Below are positions 39,343 to 48,065 of a DNA stretch of 64,000 nt, in pieces. Source of the stretch: Spirochaetia bacterium (GTDB lineage Bacteria > Spirochaetota > Spirochaetia > SP-2023). Position 1 is the stretch's first letter, and the number at the start of each line of letters is the position of its first letter. The translations under genes and the position numbers were made by a program. The notes beneath the pieces were generated by a model. The model was not told where the DNA came from, did no database searches, and saw only the letters and a program-made list of their open reading frames with translations. The stretch is taken from the NCBI GenBank assembly GCA_965263295.1, contig OZ253665.1, positions 1,248,001 through 1,312,000 of the forward strand, written 5' to 3'.

Positions 39343-40296
39343 CTAGACTGACTGCCCTACACGAGAATTAAAATCGAGCCCAATATCAATTATGGGGGCA
39401 GAGTGAGTCAAGGCCCCGACAGAGATCAAATTCACTCCGCTCTCGGCGATACTCGCCAGCTGCGATAGTTCTATACGACCAGAAGCCTCGCAGAAAGCTC
39501 GCCCATTGACATAAGCCACGGCCTCGCGCATGTCTTTCGGGCTCATATTGTCCAGCAATACGCAGTCCGGACGCAAGGCCGGCTCGTCAAAGTCGACTTC
39601 GAAAAGTTGCTGCAGGCTATCTACTTCAAGCTCAATGCGCACCATATGCCCGCTGTTGGCCTTGGCGGCACGCAGGGCAGCTGTGATGCCGCCCGCCGCG
39701 ACGATATGATTATCTTTAATCATCACGGCATCAAAAAGGCCAAAGCGGTGATTGTGGCCGCCGCCACAACGTACGGCAAACTTTTCCAGCGTGCGCAATC
39801 CGGGCGTCGTCTTGCGCGTGTCGACAATGCGAGCCTGCGTGTGGGCCACGGCCCTTACGTAGCGGCGCGTCATAGTGGCAATGCCACTGAGGTGGCTCAA
39901 GTAATTCAGAGTCACTCGTTCGCGGCCCAATAACAAAGCCGCCGGGCCAGATATTTCAGCTAGCAAGGTGCCGGCCGGCACGACATCTCCGTCTGCTTGC
40001 AATAATTTCACCTGTACTGCCGGGGCGTCATATTGCAGGGCGACCTTGGCCAATTCTAGACCGCACAAGGCATAATTATCGTTCTGCGGCGCGACTCTGC
40101 CGCCGCGCAAGCGCAGCTGCGCTTTGATTTGCAATTGGGGATCAATACACGCCTGGCTGGTCAGATCTCCACTAAAACCCCAGTCCTCAGCAAAAGCCAT
40201 CTCCAAAGCTTGCCGAATAATATGCCCTGCCGGTTGCGGAATATAAGTGTGGCGCTCAAGGGGAGCTTCAATAGATAGGCCATTTTCTTTTTTCAT
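39343..40296 (-). CDS. nadC: Quinolinate phosphoribosyltransferase
   Basis: DTRKTTPG, HRFGLFDAVMIKDNH, LEVDS, LLDNM, EASG and ISVGALTHS. Confidence 0.97.
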   Translation of the reverse strand: MKKENGLSIEAPLERHTYIPQPAGHIIRQALEMAFAEDWGFSGDLTSQACIDPQLQIKAQLRLRGGRVAPQNDNYALCGLELAKVALQYDAPAVQVKLLQADGDVVPAGTLLAEISGPAALLLGRERVTLNYLSHLSGIATMTRRYVRAVAHTQARIVDTRKTTPGLRTLEKFAVRCGGGHNHRFGLFDAVMIKDNHIVAAGGITAALRAAKANSGHMVRIELEVDSLQQLFEVDFDEPALRPDCVLLDNMSPKDMREAVAYVNGRAFCEASGRIELSQLASIAESGVNLISVGALTHSAPIIDIGLDFNSRVGQSV

Positions 40297-40405
40297 TTCA
40301 ACTTCTGGGAGTCCTCAAAGATATATTTGCGATATATTTAAATGGAAAAGACTTATATTTTATGTGTTTGCCGGCTACTTCCTACGGGCTCATTAAATTC
40401 ACCAG

Positions 40406-42166
40406 TCAGTCCAGGGCATTCAGGATACGGCAAATACTTGGCCAGTCGAGAAAGCTGCGTCTGCCGCTGGTGTCATAGTGTTTCAACAGCTCTTGCAAGG
40501 CCGCGCCGAGCACTGGCGGGGGAGATGCGGGCTGAAAGTAGTGGCTGCCGCGCGATTCGCGGCGCAGTATGGCGGCACAGCTGATGCACAGTGCCGCCAC
40601 CACGGCATTCGAAACGGCCGCGCCAGCCGGCTCAAAGCGTGCTTGCGAAGGGTTCTGCAGTTCTGCCGGGCAGTGCGTGAGTAATTCGTGCACGGCATGT
40701 AGCAAGCCGCTGCTGTCGCGTTCGACGCCTACATATTGAGACATCAACTGTCGCAATGGAAATTCGGTGACCGCCGCGGATATGTTTGTCTGCGTACCGA
40801 TGACTTGCGGGAGAGGCATTTGGGATGTCTGCGGCGCATTGCCCAGTATCGCCAGCATATCGGCAGCCGCATTGCCAGCCATAACGACGGCTTCCAGCAG
40901 TGAATTTGAGGCTAAGCGGTTGGCGCCGTGCAGCCCGGTACAGGCCACTTCGCCGATTGCCCACAAGCCACTGACGGAGCTGCGCCCACGCAGGTCGGTG
41001 GCAATGCCGCCCATGTGGTAATGGGCAGCCGGTATCACGGGCAGCAAATTTTGCTGCGGGTCCAGGCCATGACGTTGAGTACTCTCCCACAGAGTCGGGA
41101 AGCGCTGCGAAAATTCTTCACTGCCTTGGCAGAGCTTGCGGCAATCCAGGAAGGCCCCGCCACTGTCACGGCGCGCGCGGAATACGGCACGGGCGACGAT
41201 ATCGCGTGGGGCCAGCTCTGGCCTCTCGTAGTGCCGAGCCGCGAGGTCTTGCCGCATAAAGCGCCGGCCATTGGCATCCCGCAATATGGCCCCTTCTCCG
41301 CGCAAAGCTTCACTGGCTAAAGGCTGGGGCGATTCCGCCAGATCCAGAGCCGTGGGGTGGAACTGCACAAACTCGCTGTCAGCGAGCACGGCCCCAGCGA
41401 CGGCAGCCATGCCCAAACCGTGTCCCTGAACACTGGGTGGATTTGTCGTGGCGGCAAAGAGGGCCCCAATGCCACCGCAGGCCAAAACGACAGCGCGAGC
41501 TGCCAGCTGGTAAACTTTTTCCTCACGGCGATAAATGACACCGCGAATGCCATTGCCCGACTTGGCCGGTATCAGTTGTTCTGCGATAGCGCCTTCAATT
41601 ATGGCGATTTGCTCGCGCCTTTTTGCGGCGGCGACGAGACAGGCCATGATCAAACGGCCAGAACTGTCGCCGCTACAACGCACTACGCGCTTAACGCTGT
41701 GAGCGGCCTCACGGGACAATGAGTATGATCGACCTTTTCCTGGCTCTGGTGGTCCAACCCCTGAAAAAGCTTCTTGACGGTCAAAAGGCACTCCGTAGGC
41801 ATCCAGTTGATGAATGTGCGCCGCAGCAGCTTCACAGATGGCCTGCACGACTTCGCTATCGTTGAGACCGGCCCCTGCGGCCAAGGTATCCTGGGCATGG
41901 AGCTGCGCTGAATCATCGGGACCGACGGCGGCGGCAATGCCGCCTTGGGCCCAGGAGCTAGCGTTGTTGTCACCTAGTGGCAAAGGCGATAGCAGGATTA
42001 TGGGCCAACGGCTGGATTCACTTAACTTGAGGGCGGCAAAAAGTCCCGCCAATCCAGCGCCGACAATTACAATGCCGTCGGCAAAATTTCTGTTTGCCGA
42101 ATCAGCCCGATCGCAAATTTCGGGCAGCTGAGTAAAGGGTTGAAAGTGAGGTGGGGCAGCTAGCAT
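40406..42166 (-). CDS. nadB: L-aspartate oxidase
   Basis: GAGLAG, AQGGIAA, REAAHS, QFHPT, HYHMGG, GLHGANRLASNSLLE and ESRGSH. Confidence 0.95.
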   Translation of the reverse strand: MLAAPPHFQPFTQLPEICDRADSANRNFADGIVIVGAGLAGLFAALKLSESSRWPIILLSPLPLGDNNASSWAQGGIAAAVGPDDSAQLHAQDTLAAGAGLNDSEVVQAICEAAAAHIHQLDAYGVPFDRQEAFSGVGPPEPGKGRSYSLSREAAHSVKRVVRCSGDSSGRLIMACLVAAAKRREQIAIIEGAIAEQLIPAKSGNGIRGVIYRREEKVYQLAARAVVLACGGIGALFAATTNPPSVQGHGLGMAAVAGAVLADSEFVQFHPTALDLAESPQPLASEALRGEGAILRDANGRRFMRQDLAARHYERPELAPRDIVARAVFRARRDSGGAFLDCRKLCQGSEEFSQRFPTLWESTQRHGLDPQQNLLPVIPAAHYHMGGIATDLRGRSSVSGLWAIGEVACTGLHGANRLASNSLLEAVVMAGNAAADMLAILGNAPQTSQMPLPQVIGTQTNISAAVTEFPLRQLMSQYVGVERDSSGLLHAVHELLTHCPAELQNPSQARFEPAGAAVSNAVVAALCISCAAILRRESRGSHYFQPASPPPVLGAALQELLKHYDTSGRRSFLDWPSICRILNALD

Positions 42167-42235
42167 GGTCGAATATGGAAACTCCTGAACTCTGGACTCG
42201 TTAAAAAGGCCGATAGACCGAAGGCTGTGGCTCTG

Positions 42236-43279
42236 TCATGAGAGTTGGATCATGCGTTCGACGGCGGCGCGGGCACGCCAGGCAATCGCGCTGTCGATTT
42301 CGACTGAGTTTTTCAGGTCAAGCAGGCTGTCCAAGATATTTTGCAGTGTAATGCGCTTCATGTGCGGGCAGAAGTTGCAAGGGCGAATGAAGCGCACCGC
42401 AGGTGCCTTGGCGGCAATGTTGGCGCTCATTGAACACTCTGTCACCAACATAACTTTTTGCGGTTTCTTTTCGCCAATCCAGCGAATCATGGCAGCTGTG
42501 GAGCCGGCGAAATCGGCCTCGCCAATAACTTCGGGAGGGCATTCGGGGTGGGCGACAATCTTCAGTCCCGGGTTGTCGCCGCGCATGGTGCGCAAATCTT
42601 CGGGGCTAAAGCGTTCATGCACCTCGCAGCGGCCCCGCCAGTTGATCAGCTCCAAACCTTCAAGGCGCAACTCGGCAGCCACGTTTTGAGCCAGGTACTC
42701 ATCGGGCAGCATAATGACTTTTTTGACGCCAAATTCAGCGGCGATGCGTCGCACAATATTGGCGGCATTCGCCGAAGTGCAAGTAACGTCACACTCGGCC
42801 TTAACCGCGGCACTGGTATTTACATAGATAACGATAGGCAAGGAAGGGTACTGCTGGCGTAGAAGACGTACGTCTGCGGCACTAATGGACTCCGCCAGCG
42901 AGCAACCAGCTTCCATGTCCGGAATCAAAACCAGTTTGTCGGGGTTCATTAGTTTAGAAGTTTCGGCCATGAAATGGACGCCAGCCTGAACGATGATGTC
43001 CGCATCAGTGCGGCCGGCTTCAATCGCCAATTGCAGGCTGTCGCCCCGAATATCGGCGACCCCGTGAAAAATCTCCGGGCCCATATAATTGTGGGCCAGG
43101 ATTACAGCATTACGCTGCTTTTTCAGTTCGTTAATAGCCTTGATGTAGGGAGCATGGAATACCCAATCAATAGGGGGAATAACGTCTTTGACCTTTTGAT
43201 ATACAGGCGCTAACTCTGTGGCCAGCTCCTCACTGTATTCCAGTGACGGGCGCTCAATAATCTGCTGCAGCTCAGACAT
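42236..43279 (-). CDS. nadA: Quinolinate synthase
   Basis: ILAHNY, GVHFMAET, AGCSLA, YVNTS, CEVH, AHPEC and CPHMK. ATG 43279 has a GGAGG SD; an alternative ATG is at 43426. Confidence 0.95.
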   Translation of the reverse strand: MSELQQIIERPSLEYSEELATELAPVYQKVKDVIPPIDWVFHAPYIKAINELKKQRNAVILAHNYMGPEIFHGVADIRGDSLQLAIEAGRTDADIIVQAGVHFMAETSKLMNPDKLVLIPDMEAGCSLAESISAADVRLLRQQYPSLPIVIYVNTSAAVKAECDVTCTSANAANIVRRIAAEFGVKKVIMLPDEYLAQNVAAELRLEGLELINWRGRCEVHERFSPEDLRTMRGDNPGLKIVAHPECPPEVIGEADFAGSTAAMIRWIGEKKPQKVMLVTECSMSANIAAKAPAVRFIRPCNFCPHMKRITLQNILDSLLDLKNSVEIDSAIAWRARAAVERMIQLS

Positions 43280-43452
43280 GGGGGGATCCCTCCAGTTGCA
43301 AGGGGACTGTTTGTGGCTGGACGGGCGAATAGCCAAGTGGCGCGAAAAGCTGGCAAATGGCTGCGTAGCTAAACCGTTCCCTGAATTTCTAATCATCCAA
43401 GTCTGCTCACAAGTTTTCTGGGCCATTTGAGCTATCTGATACCTAGCCCTCC

Positions 43453-43480
43453 ATTATAGAGTTTATATGGCAATTGGCAA
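43453..43480 (-). promoter_or_regulatory. Sigma70 promoter of nadABC
   Basis: TTGCCA-16 nt-TATAAT on the minus strand. Confidence 0.65.
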
Positions 43481-43718
43481 AGTCGGTGACCAGGAGCTCA
43501 GAGGGAAAAACCACGACCCAGCTTGGACTTCAAGTAGCTTGCAAAATCACAGACTTAAATTGTATCTACTATTTTGTGAAATTATGCTTGTCGCGTCAAT
43601 CAATGCCCAAGGAATACAACAGAAGAGTTTTACTTTAAGGAATGCTTTTCTCTAGCATACGGCTGGGCACCGCTACATTTTTAGTCGTTATTTCTATGTT
43701 GGCAAGATTCTTGGCGGA

Positions 43719-45251
43719 TTAGCGAGATTCGTAGATATTGCGCAGCAGCTCTAGATTTCTTTCAGCTGTGAAGTCCTGTAAAAAACGACTGCGCGCAGCG
43801 CGGCACATTTGATCGTAACATTCCTGGTCCATTGAGGCCGCGGCCTTGATGGCCGCACTGATATTCTGAATCAGTTCCTCGTTTGAATAAGCGTCGGATA
43901 ACCGTAGTTCTCTTTGTGCCTGCGGGTTGCGGAAGAACGCTGCGAGTATACCATTGACTTGGTGATGCAGCAGTTCCGCGCTCGCTCCCAGGCAAAAACT
44001 TATGACAGGACGACCTGCCGCCAGGGCCTCAAGGATTGTCATCGGCATGCCTTCATACCAAATTGAAGGCAGGATTAGAAAATGGCAGCGTTGGAATTCT
44101 CGTTCTAAGGACGCTTGGCTCATCCGTCCCAAATATTCAATCTTTATCCGTGAGACTTGCTGTGGGACTTGCTGCGAGACTTGCTGTGGACTCTGTTCTG
44201 GGCCTTGCGGTTGAGAATCTTTCCCCCTAGCTTGTAAGCGGCATTGCCCAGAGCTTGTAGCCGCGACGCTGTGGGCGGCAATAAACTCTTGCAGCTCATT
44301 TTTGAGAGGGCCGTCTCCGGCGATACGCAGCTCTATATCCCGACCGACGCCACAATCATTGCGCAGTTGACGCATGGCGGCGAGCAGAACGCGCAGACCT
44401 TTTTCCTCACTCAAACGGCCGGCAAACAGGAGGCGAAAAGTTTTTTCCAGTTTGGGACCCACATCGCAAGCGCGGTCCATTTGTGTGGCAGGCAGAGACA
44501 GGAAATTGGGCTTATAAATAAACTTTTCTTCGGGAAAGCCAACCCGGCTCAATAAATTCTTCTGGGTAGAATTTAGATAAATAAAATGGTCGACATTTTT
44601 CTGCCAGCTTTTTAAGTACTTATGCACAGTCAGCATGCAGGCGACAGCCCAGGTCATTGCCCAGCTGTCACGGTAGCAGCGCGAACGCACAGCTGGACCG
44701 AAATGGCCGGCGGCAAAGCAACGCTGGCAGAGCTCGTGGCCAATAATCCGGCCCTTTGCGCGCAGAGGACGCATTAAAGAGGCTTGAGGGCAGTGCAAGC
44801 GGAAGTTATGTAAAGTATACAGGATTTTAGTATGCTTGCCTTGCCTCTGGCGGCGGCGCTTCCAGCGGCCCAGGACACGGAACACAGCCGGCGAAAGTAG
44901 AGCAAAGGTATTGTGAACGTGAATGACATCTGGATCGTATTGAGATAGACACTGTTGCAGGCTGGCGCAAACTTCCCGGTTCCAAATCGCCTTAAATAAT
45001 TGCCTGAGCGGACTTTTGTCTAGCAGTTCGCCATTCGGGCGAATAAAGCGCGACAACTCGTAGCCCCGCTTGAGTAATGCGGCCTCTTCCCGCACAACTT
45101 TGTCCTCTCCGCCCTCTTGCAAATATTCACAATGCACTTGCAAAACCTTCAGTTTGGGCTTTGGGTCCCCTGCGGTATCCTTTTCTTTCTGTTCCACAAT
45201 TGATCCCGTCCCAATCGGCGTTTTGGCGCTCGTCTGTAAAAGGCCCCGCAA
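43719..45251 (-). CDS. Glycosyltransferase family 4
   Basis: GGED.VV, HVHNTF, TLHNFRL.C, FAGRLSEEKG and PSIWYEGMPMTILEA. Start uncertain. Confidence 0.92.
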   Translation of the reverse strand: MRGLLQTSAKTPIGTGSIVEQKEKDTAGDPKPKLKVLQVHCEYLQEGGEDKVVREEAALLKRGYELSRFIRPNGELLDKSPLRQLFKAIWNREVCASLQQCLSQYDPDVIHVHNTFALLSPAVFRVLGRWKRRRQRQGKHTKILYTLHNFRLHCPQASLMRPLRAKGRIIGHELCQRCFAAGHFGPAVRSRCYRDSWAMTWAVACMLTVHKYLKSWQKNVDHFIYLNSTQKNLLSRVGFPEEKFIYKPNFLSLPATQMDRACDVGPKLEKTFRLLFAGRLSEEKGLRVLLAAMRQLRNDCGVGRDIELRIAGDGPLKNELQEFIAAHSVAATSSGQCRLQARGKDSQPQGPEQSPQQVSQQVPQQVSRIKIEYLGRMSQASLEREFQRCHFLILPSIWYEGMPMTILEALAAGRPVISFCLGASAELLHHQVNGILAAFFRNPQAQRELRLSDAYSNEELIQNISAAIKAAASMDQECYDQMCRAARSRFLQDFTAERNLELLRNIYESR

Positions 45252-45365
45252 GATAAATACGTCAGGGCAGATTTATACTAAAATATTACAATTTATGACT
45301 GATTGCAAATGGCTCACGAAATTCCAAGTGGCGAAATTCAAGGGCCGAATCTAGGTGCAAGATGA

Positions 45366-45394
45366 TGGACGAAACAGGGGCACACGATTAAACT
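45366..45394 (+). promoter_or_regulatory. Sigma70 promoter for the DAHP synthase gene; likely leaderless
   Basis: TGGACG-17 nt-TAAACT, then 7 nt to ATG 45402; no SD. Confidence 0.55.
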
Positions 45395-45401
45395 CTGCAC
45401 C

Positions 45402-46526
45402 ATGTCACCAAAATACTCTAGTGTCGGAATTGAGAACGTCAATATATTGCGCAGCAGACGCCTGAAAGCCCCCATTGACTACAAGCGCGAAAACCCGACT
45501 AGCCCGGAGCTAGTGCGACATGTGCGCCAGAGTCGCGAAACTATCATCCGTTTGTTGCATCGCGAAGATGAGCGTTTGATGTTTATCGTTGGCCCCTGCT
45601 CCATTCACGACTATGACCTGGCCCTGGATTATGCCCGGCGCTTGAAGCGCTTGGCCGACGACGTGGCGCGGCACATTTTTGTGGTTATGCGCGTGTATTT
45701 TGAAAAACCGCGTACTGTAAAAGGTTGGCGCGGCCTGATCATTGATCCACATCTGGACGGTTCAAACAATATGGAAGAAGGTTTGCACTTGGCGCGCAAG
45801 ATTTTGCTGGATATCAATAAAATCGGCTTGCCAGCTGCCTCTGAGGTACTGGACCCAATCGTCCCGCAGTTTATCAGTGATCTCCTTTCCTGGGCGGCCA
45901 TTGGGGCCCGCACAACGGAGTCTCAGATCCACCGCGAACTTTCCAGTGGCCTGTCCATGCCCATTGGATTTAAAAACAGCACCGATGGCTCTTTCATGAA
46001 TTCAATCAACGGCATGGAAGCGGCCTTTTCTGGCCATACTTTTTTAGGTATGGACGAAGCCGGCAACTTGTGCTTACTGGACACCAAGGGAAATAAAAAC
46101 GCCCATTTGATTTTGCGCGGGGGGAATTTGGGACCGAACTACGACGCCGAAACAGTGCGGCAGACGGCATTGAATCTGGAAAAACGTGGGCTACCCAGTT
46201 CTATTATTGTCGATTGCAGTCATGCGAATTCCAGTAAAGACTTTACTCGCCAGCCGTACGTCTGCCGCGATGTGGTGACTCAATTTGTCCAAGGCCAGAG
46301 GGCAATACGCAGCATTATGCTCGAAAGTAATATTAACAGTGGGCGCCAGGACCTGCCCGCGCCAGAGAGCCTGAATGGCGAGGATCCAAAGAGCAAACTG
46401 GCGTATGGCGTATCCTTGACCGATGGCTGCATTGACTGGAAATGCACCGAAGAATTGATCCGCGAGTCCTTTGATATGTTGCATTCAGGCCAACAAAATT
46501 ACCACAATATGTTGCATAGAATCTGA
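45402..46526 (+). CDS. aroG: 3-deoxy-7-phosphoheptulonate (DAHP) synthase, class I-alpha
   Basis: GPCSIHD, RVYFEKPRT, IGARTTESQ.HRE, DCSHANS and YGVSLTDGC. The paralog identity (aroF/G/H) cannot be determined here. Confidence 0.92.
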   Translation: MSPKYSSVGIENVNILRSRRLKAPIDYKRENPTSPELVRHVRQSRETIIRLLHREDERLMFIVGPCSIHDYDLALDYARRLKRLADDVARHIFVVMRVYFEKPRTVKGWRGLIIDPHLDGSNNMEEGLHLARKILLDINKIGLPAASEVLDPIVPQFISDLLSWAAIGARTTESQIHRELSSGLSMPIGFKNSTDGSFMNSINGMEAAFSGHTFLGMDEAGNLCLLDTKGNKNAHLILRGGNLGPNYDAETVRQTALNLEKRGLPSSIIVDCSHANSSKDFTRQPYVCRDVVTQFVQGQRAIRSIMLESNINSGRQDLPAPESLNGEDPKSKLAYGVSLTDGCIDWKCTEELIRESFDMLHSGQQNYHNMLHRI

Positions 46527-46553
46527 TGCCGGAAGGGGTCGCGTCCGGCGTCA
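46524..46553. terminator. Hairpin between the convergent aroG and tolC genes
   Basis: TGATGCCGGA-10 nt-TCCGGCGTCA stem. Confidence 0.55.
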
Positions 46554-46572
46554 TATTTATCTCAATTTTCAG

Positions 46573-48063
46573 CTAAAAATATTGCAGATTGAGCTGGCCG
46601 CCCAACTCCAGTAAAATTTCTATAATTGCAAATACCAAATCGTCAGTCTCGTCTTGTAGGTCTTTGAGACTTTTTTGTGCCTCCAGTAGCTTGTCATAAC
46701 TGACTAGGCCGCGGCCATAAGAAAGCTCGGCTTCACGCAGGGCCTCCTTGGCTACGGCCAGAGAACTGTTTTTGACTTCGAGAAGTTTTTTGTTTTGCAA
46801 TAAATTCTGCAGACCGTCAATGTATTCCAGCCGTTTTTGACGCAGTGCCTCGTCATAATTTTCCTGAGCCTGCAGTAATTGATTGCGACCTTGCTGCACC
46901 TTGCGGTGTGCCGAGCTGAAGGGGAAAAAATTACTTAAGTCCCATGTGAGGCTGATACCGCTGCCAAGAGTGGTATTTCCCATTGTAGTTGTGATGTCTT
47001 GGCCATCGGAACGGTACAAGGAACTGCTGAAGGCATTTAGCGACAGTGAGCCAATGATGCTAAACTGTGGTAATAGATTCAGATAAGCCTCCCGTAGGCC
47101 GCTTTGAGCAGTTCGCAGAGCAAGTTCTTGCTGACGCAGATCCGGCATCTGCGGATTAAACGCTGGCAAAGCCTGATCCAACAGGCTGCTTACATTATGT
47201 TGCAGTTTGACCGCCACTTCCAGCTGTTGTTGGGGCACATAACCCAGCAACAGGTTCAGGGTGCGCTGCGCGCGCTCCAGGGTAAATTGTTCAGAGAGTA
47301 GAGTGGCTTGGCTACTTTTTGATTCTCTCTGGGCCGTCAAGAACTCCAGCCGCGAGATGCGGCCATTGTTATAATCATTTTGTGCATAACCGTAGTATTT
47401 TTCTGTTATATCGACATTCAAGTGACTACTTTGCAATCTTTTTTGCGCCTTTAAAACTTTATAGATCTGTTCGATCACTTCAATGGCTATGTTCTGGTGC
47501 AGTATTTCCTGCTCGACGAGTTGATTCTGATAATGGGAACTCAAGCCGCTCAGTCGCGTCAGTAGGGACATGTCGAACAAAGTAACGTTAGCCCCTAAGT
47601 TTGCCGAATACGGCACTGTTGTCTGCCAGTCTCTAGACCTCGTTTCCACATCTCCGCGGCGGCTATAGGGCTGGACGGAACTATTAACTCCGATATCGGC
47701 ACTGATATTGATACCTGGCACGAATTGGAGGTAGAATGCTTTGCGCTCGGCATTGGCCTCTTCTACAGAACGGCGTTGCGCTCTAAGTCTGATATTGAAA
47801 GCCCAGGCTTGATCCAGAGCCTGCTTCACGGTCAATTGCACTATGCCGTCCTGACTTTTCAAGCCGCGCGCAATGTCGTCCTGCATTGCGGCTTCGGTCT
47901 GGGCGATCAGGGCCTCAAGCGAATTCGTCGCCGGCGTTTCGGCTTGGCTTTGCCGAGTTTTTTCTTTTTTTTCTGCTGTCTCCTCTTCCTGCGCCTGAGC
48001 GCTGACGACAGAGCGGCTGACAAGTATCAGGCTGATTGCAGACAGCACAAAAAGCCTATTCAT
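46573..48063 (-). CDS. TolC-family outer-membrane efflux protein
   Basis: Signal peptide from ATG 48063 (MNRLFVL) and two OEP repeats (Y.NGRISRLEFL.AQ; Y.RGLVSYDKLLEAQ). Confidence 0.85.
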   Translation of the reverse strand: MNRLFVLSAISLILVSRSVVSAQAQEEETAEKKEKTRQSQAETPATNSLEALIAQTEAAMQDDIARGLKSQDGIVQLTVKQALDQAWAFNIRLRAQRRSVEEANAERKAFYLQFVPGINISADIGVNSSVQPYSRRGDVETRSRDWQTTVPYSANLGANVTLFDMSLLTRLSGLSSHYQNQLVEQEILHQNIAIEVIEQIYKVLKAQKRLQSSHLNVDITEKYYGYAQNDYNNGRISRLEFLTAQRESKSSQATLLSEQFTLERAQRTLNLLLGYVPQQQLEVAVKLQHNVSSLLDQALPAFNPQMPDLRQQELALRTAQSGLREAYLNLLPQFSIIGSLSLNAFSSSLYRSDGQDITTTMGNTTLGSGISLTWDLSNFFPFSSAHRKVQQGRNQLLQAQENYDEALRQKRLEYIDGLQNLLQNKKLLEVKNSSLAVAKEALREAELSYGRGLVSYDKLLEAQKSLKDLQDETDDLVFAIIEILLELGGQLNLQYF

Positions 48064-48065
48064 GT

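Noticed and set aside
43400..43580. NadQ or NrtR operator upstream of nadA
   Set aside because: Only a half-site-like TGAGCTAT and a GT-N4-AC near-palindrome are present; neither fits the expected symmetry or spacing.
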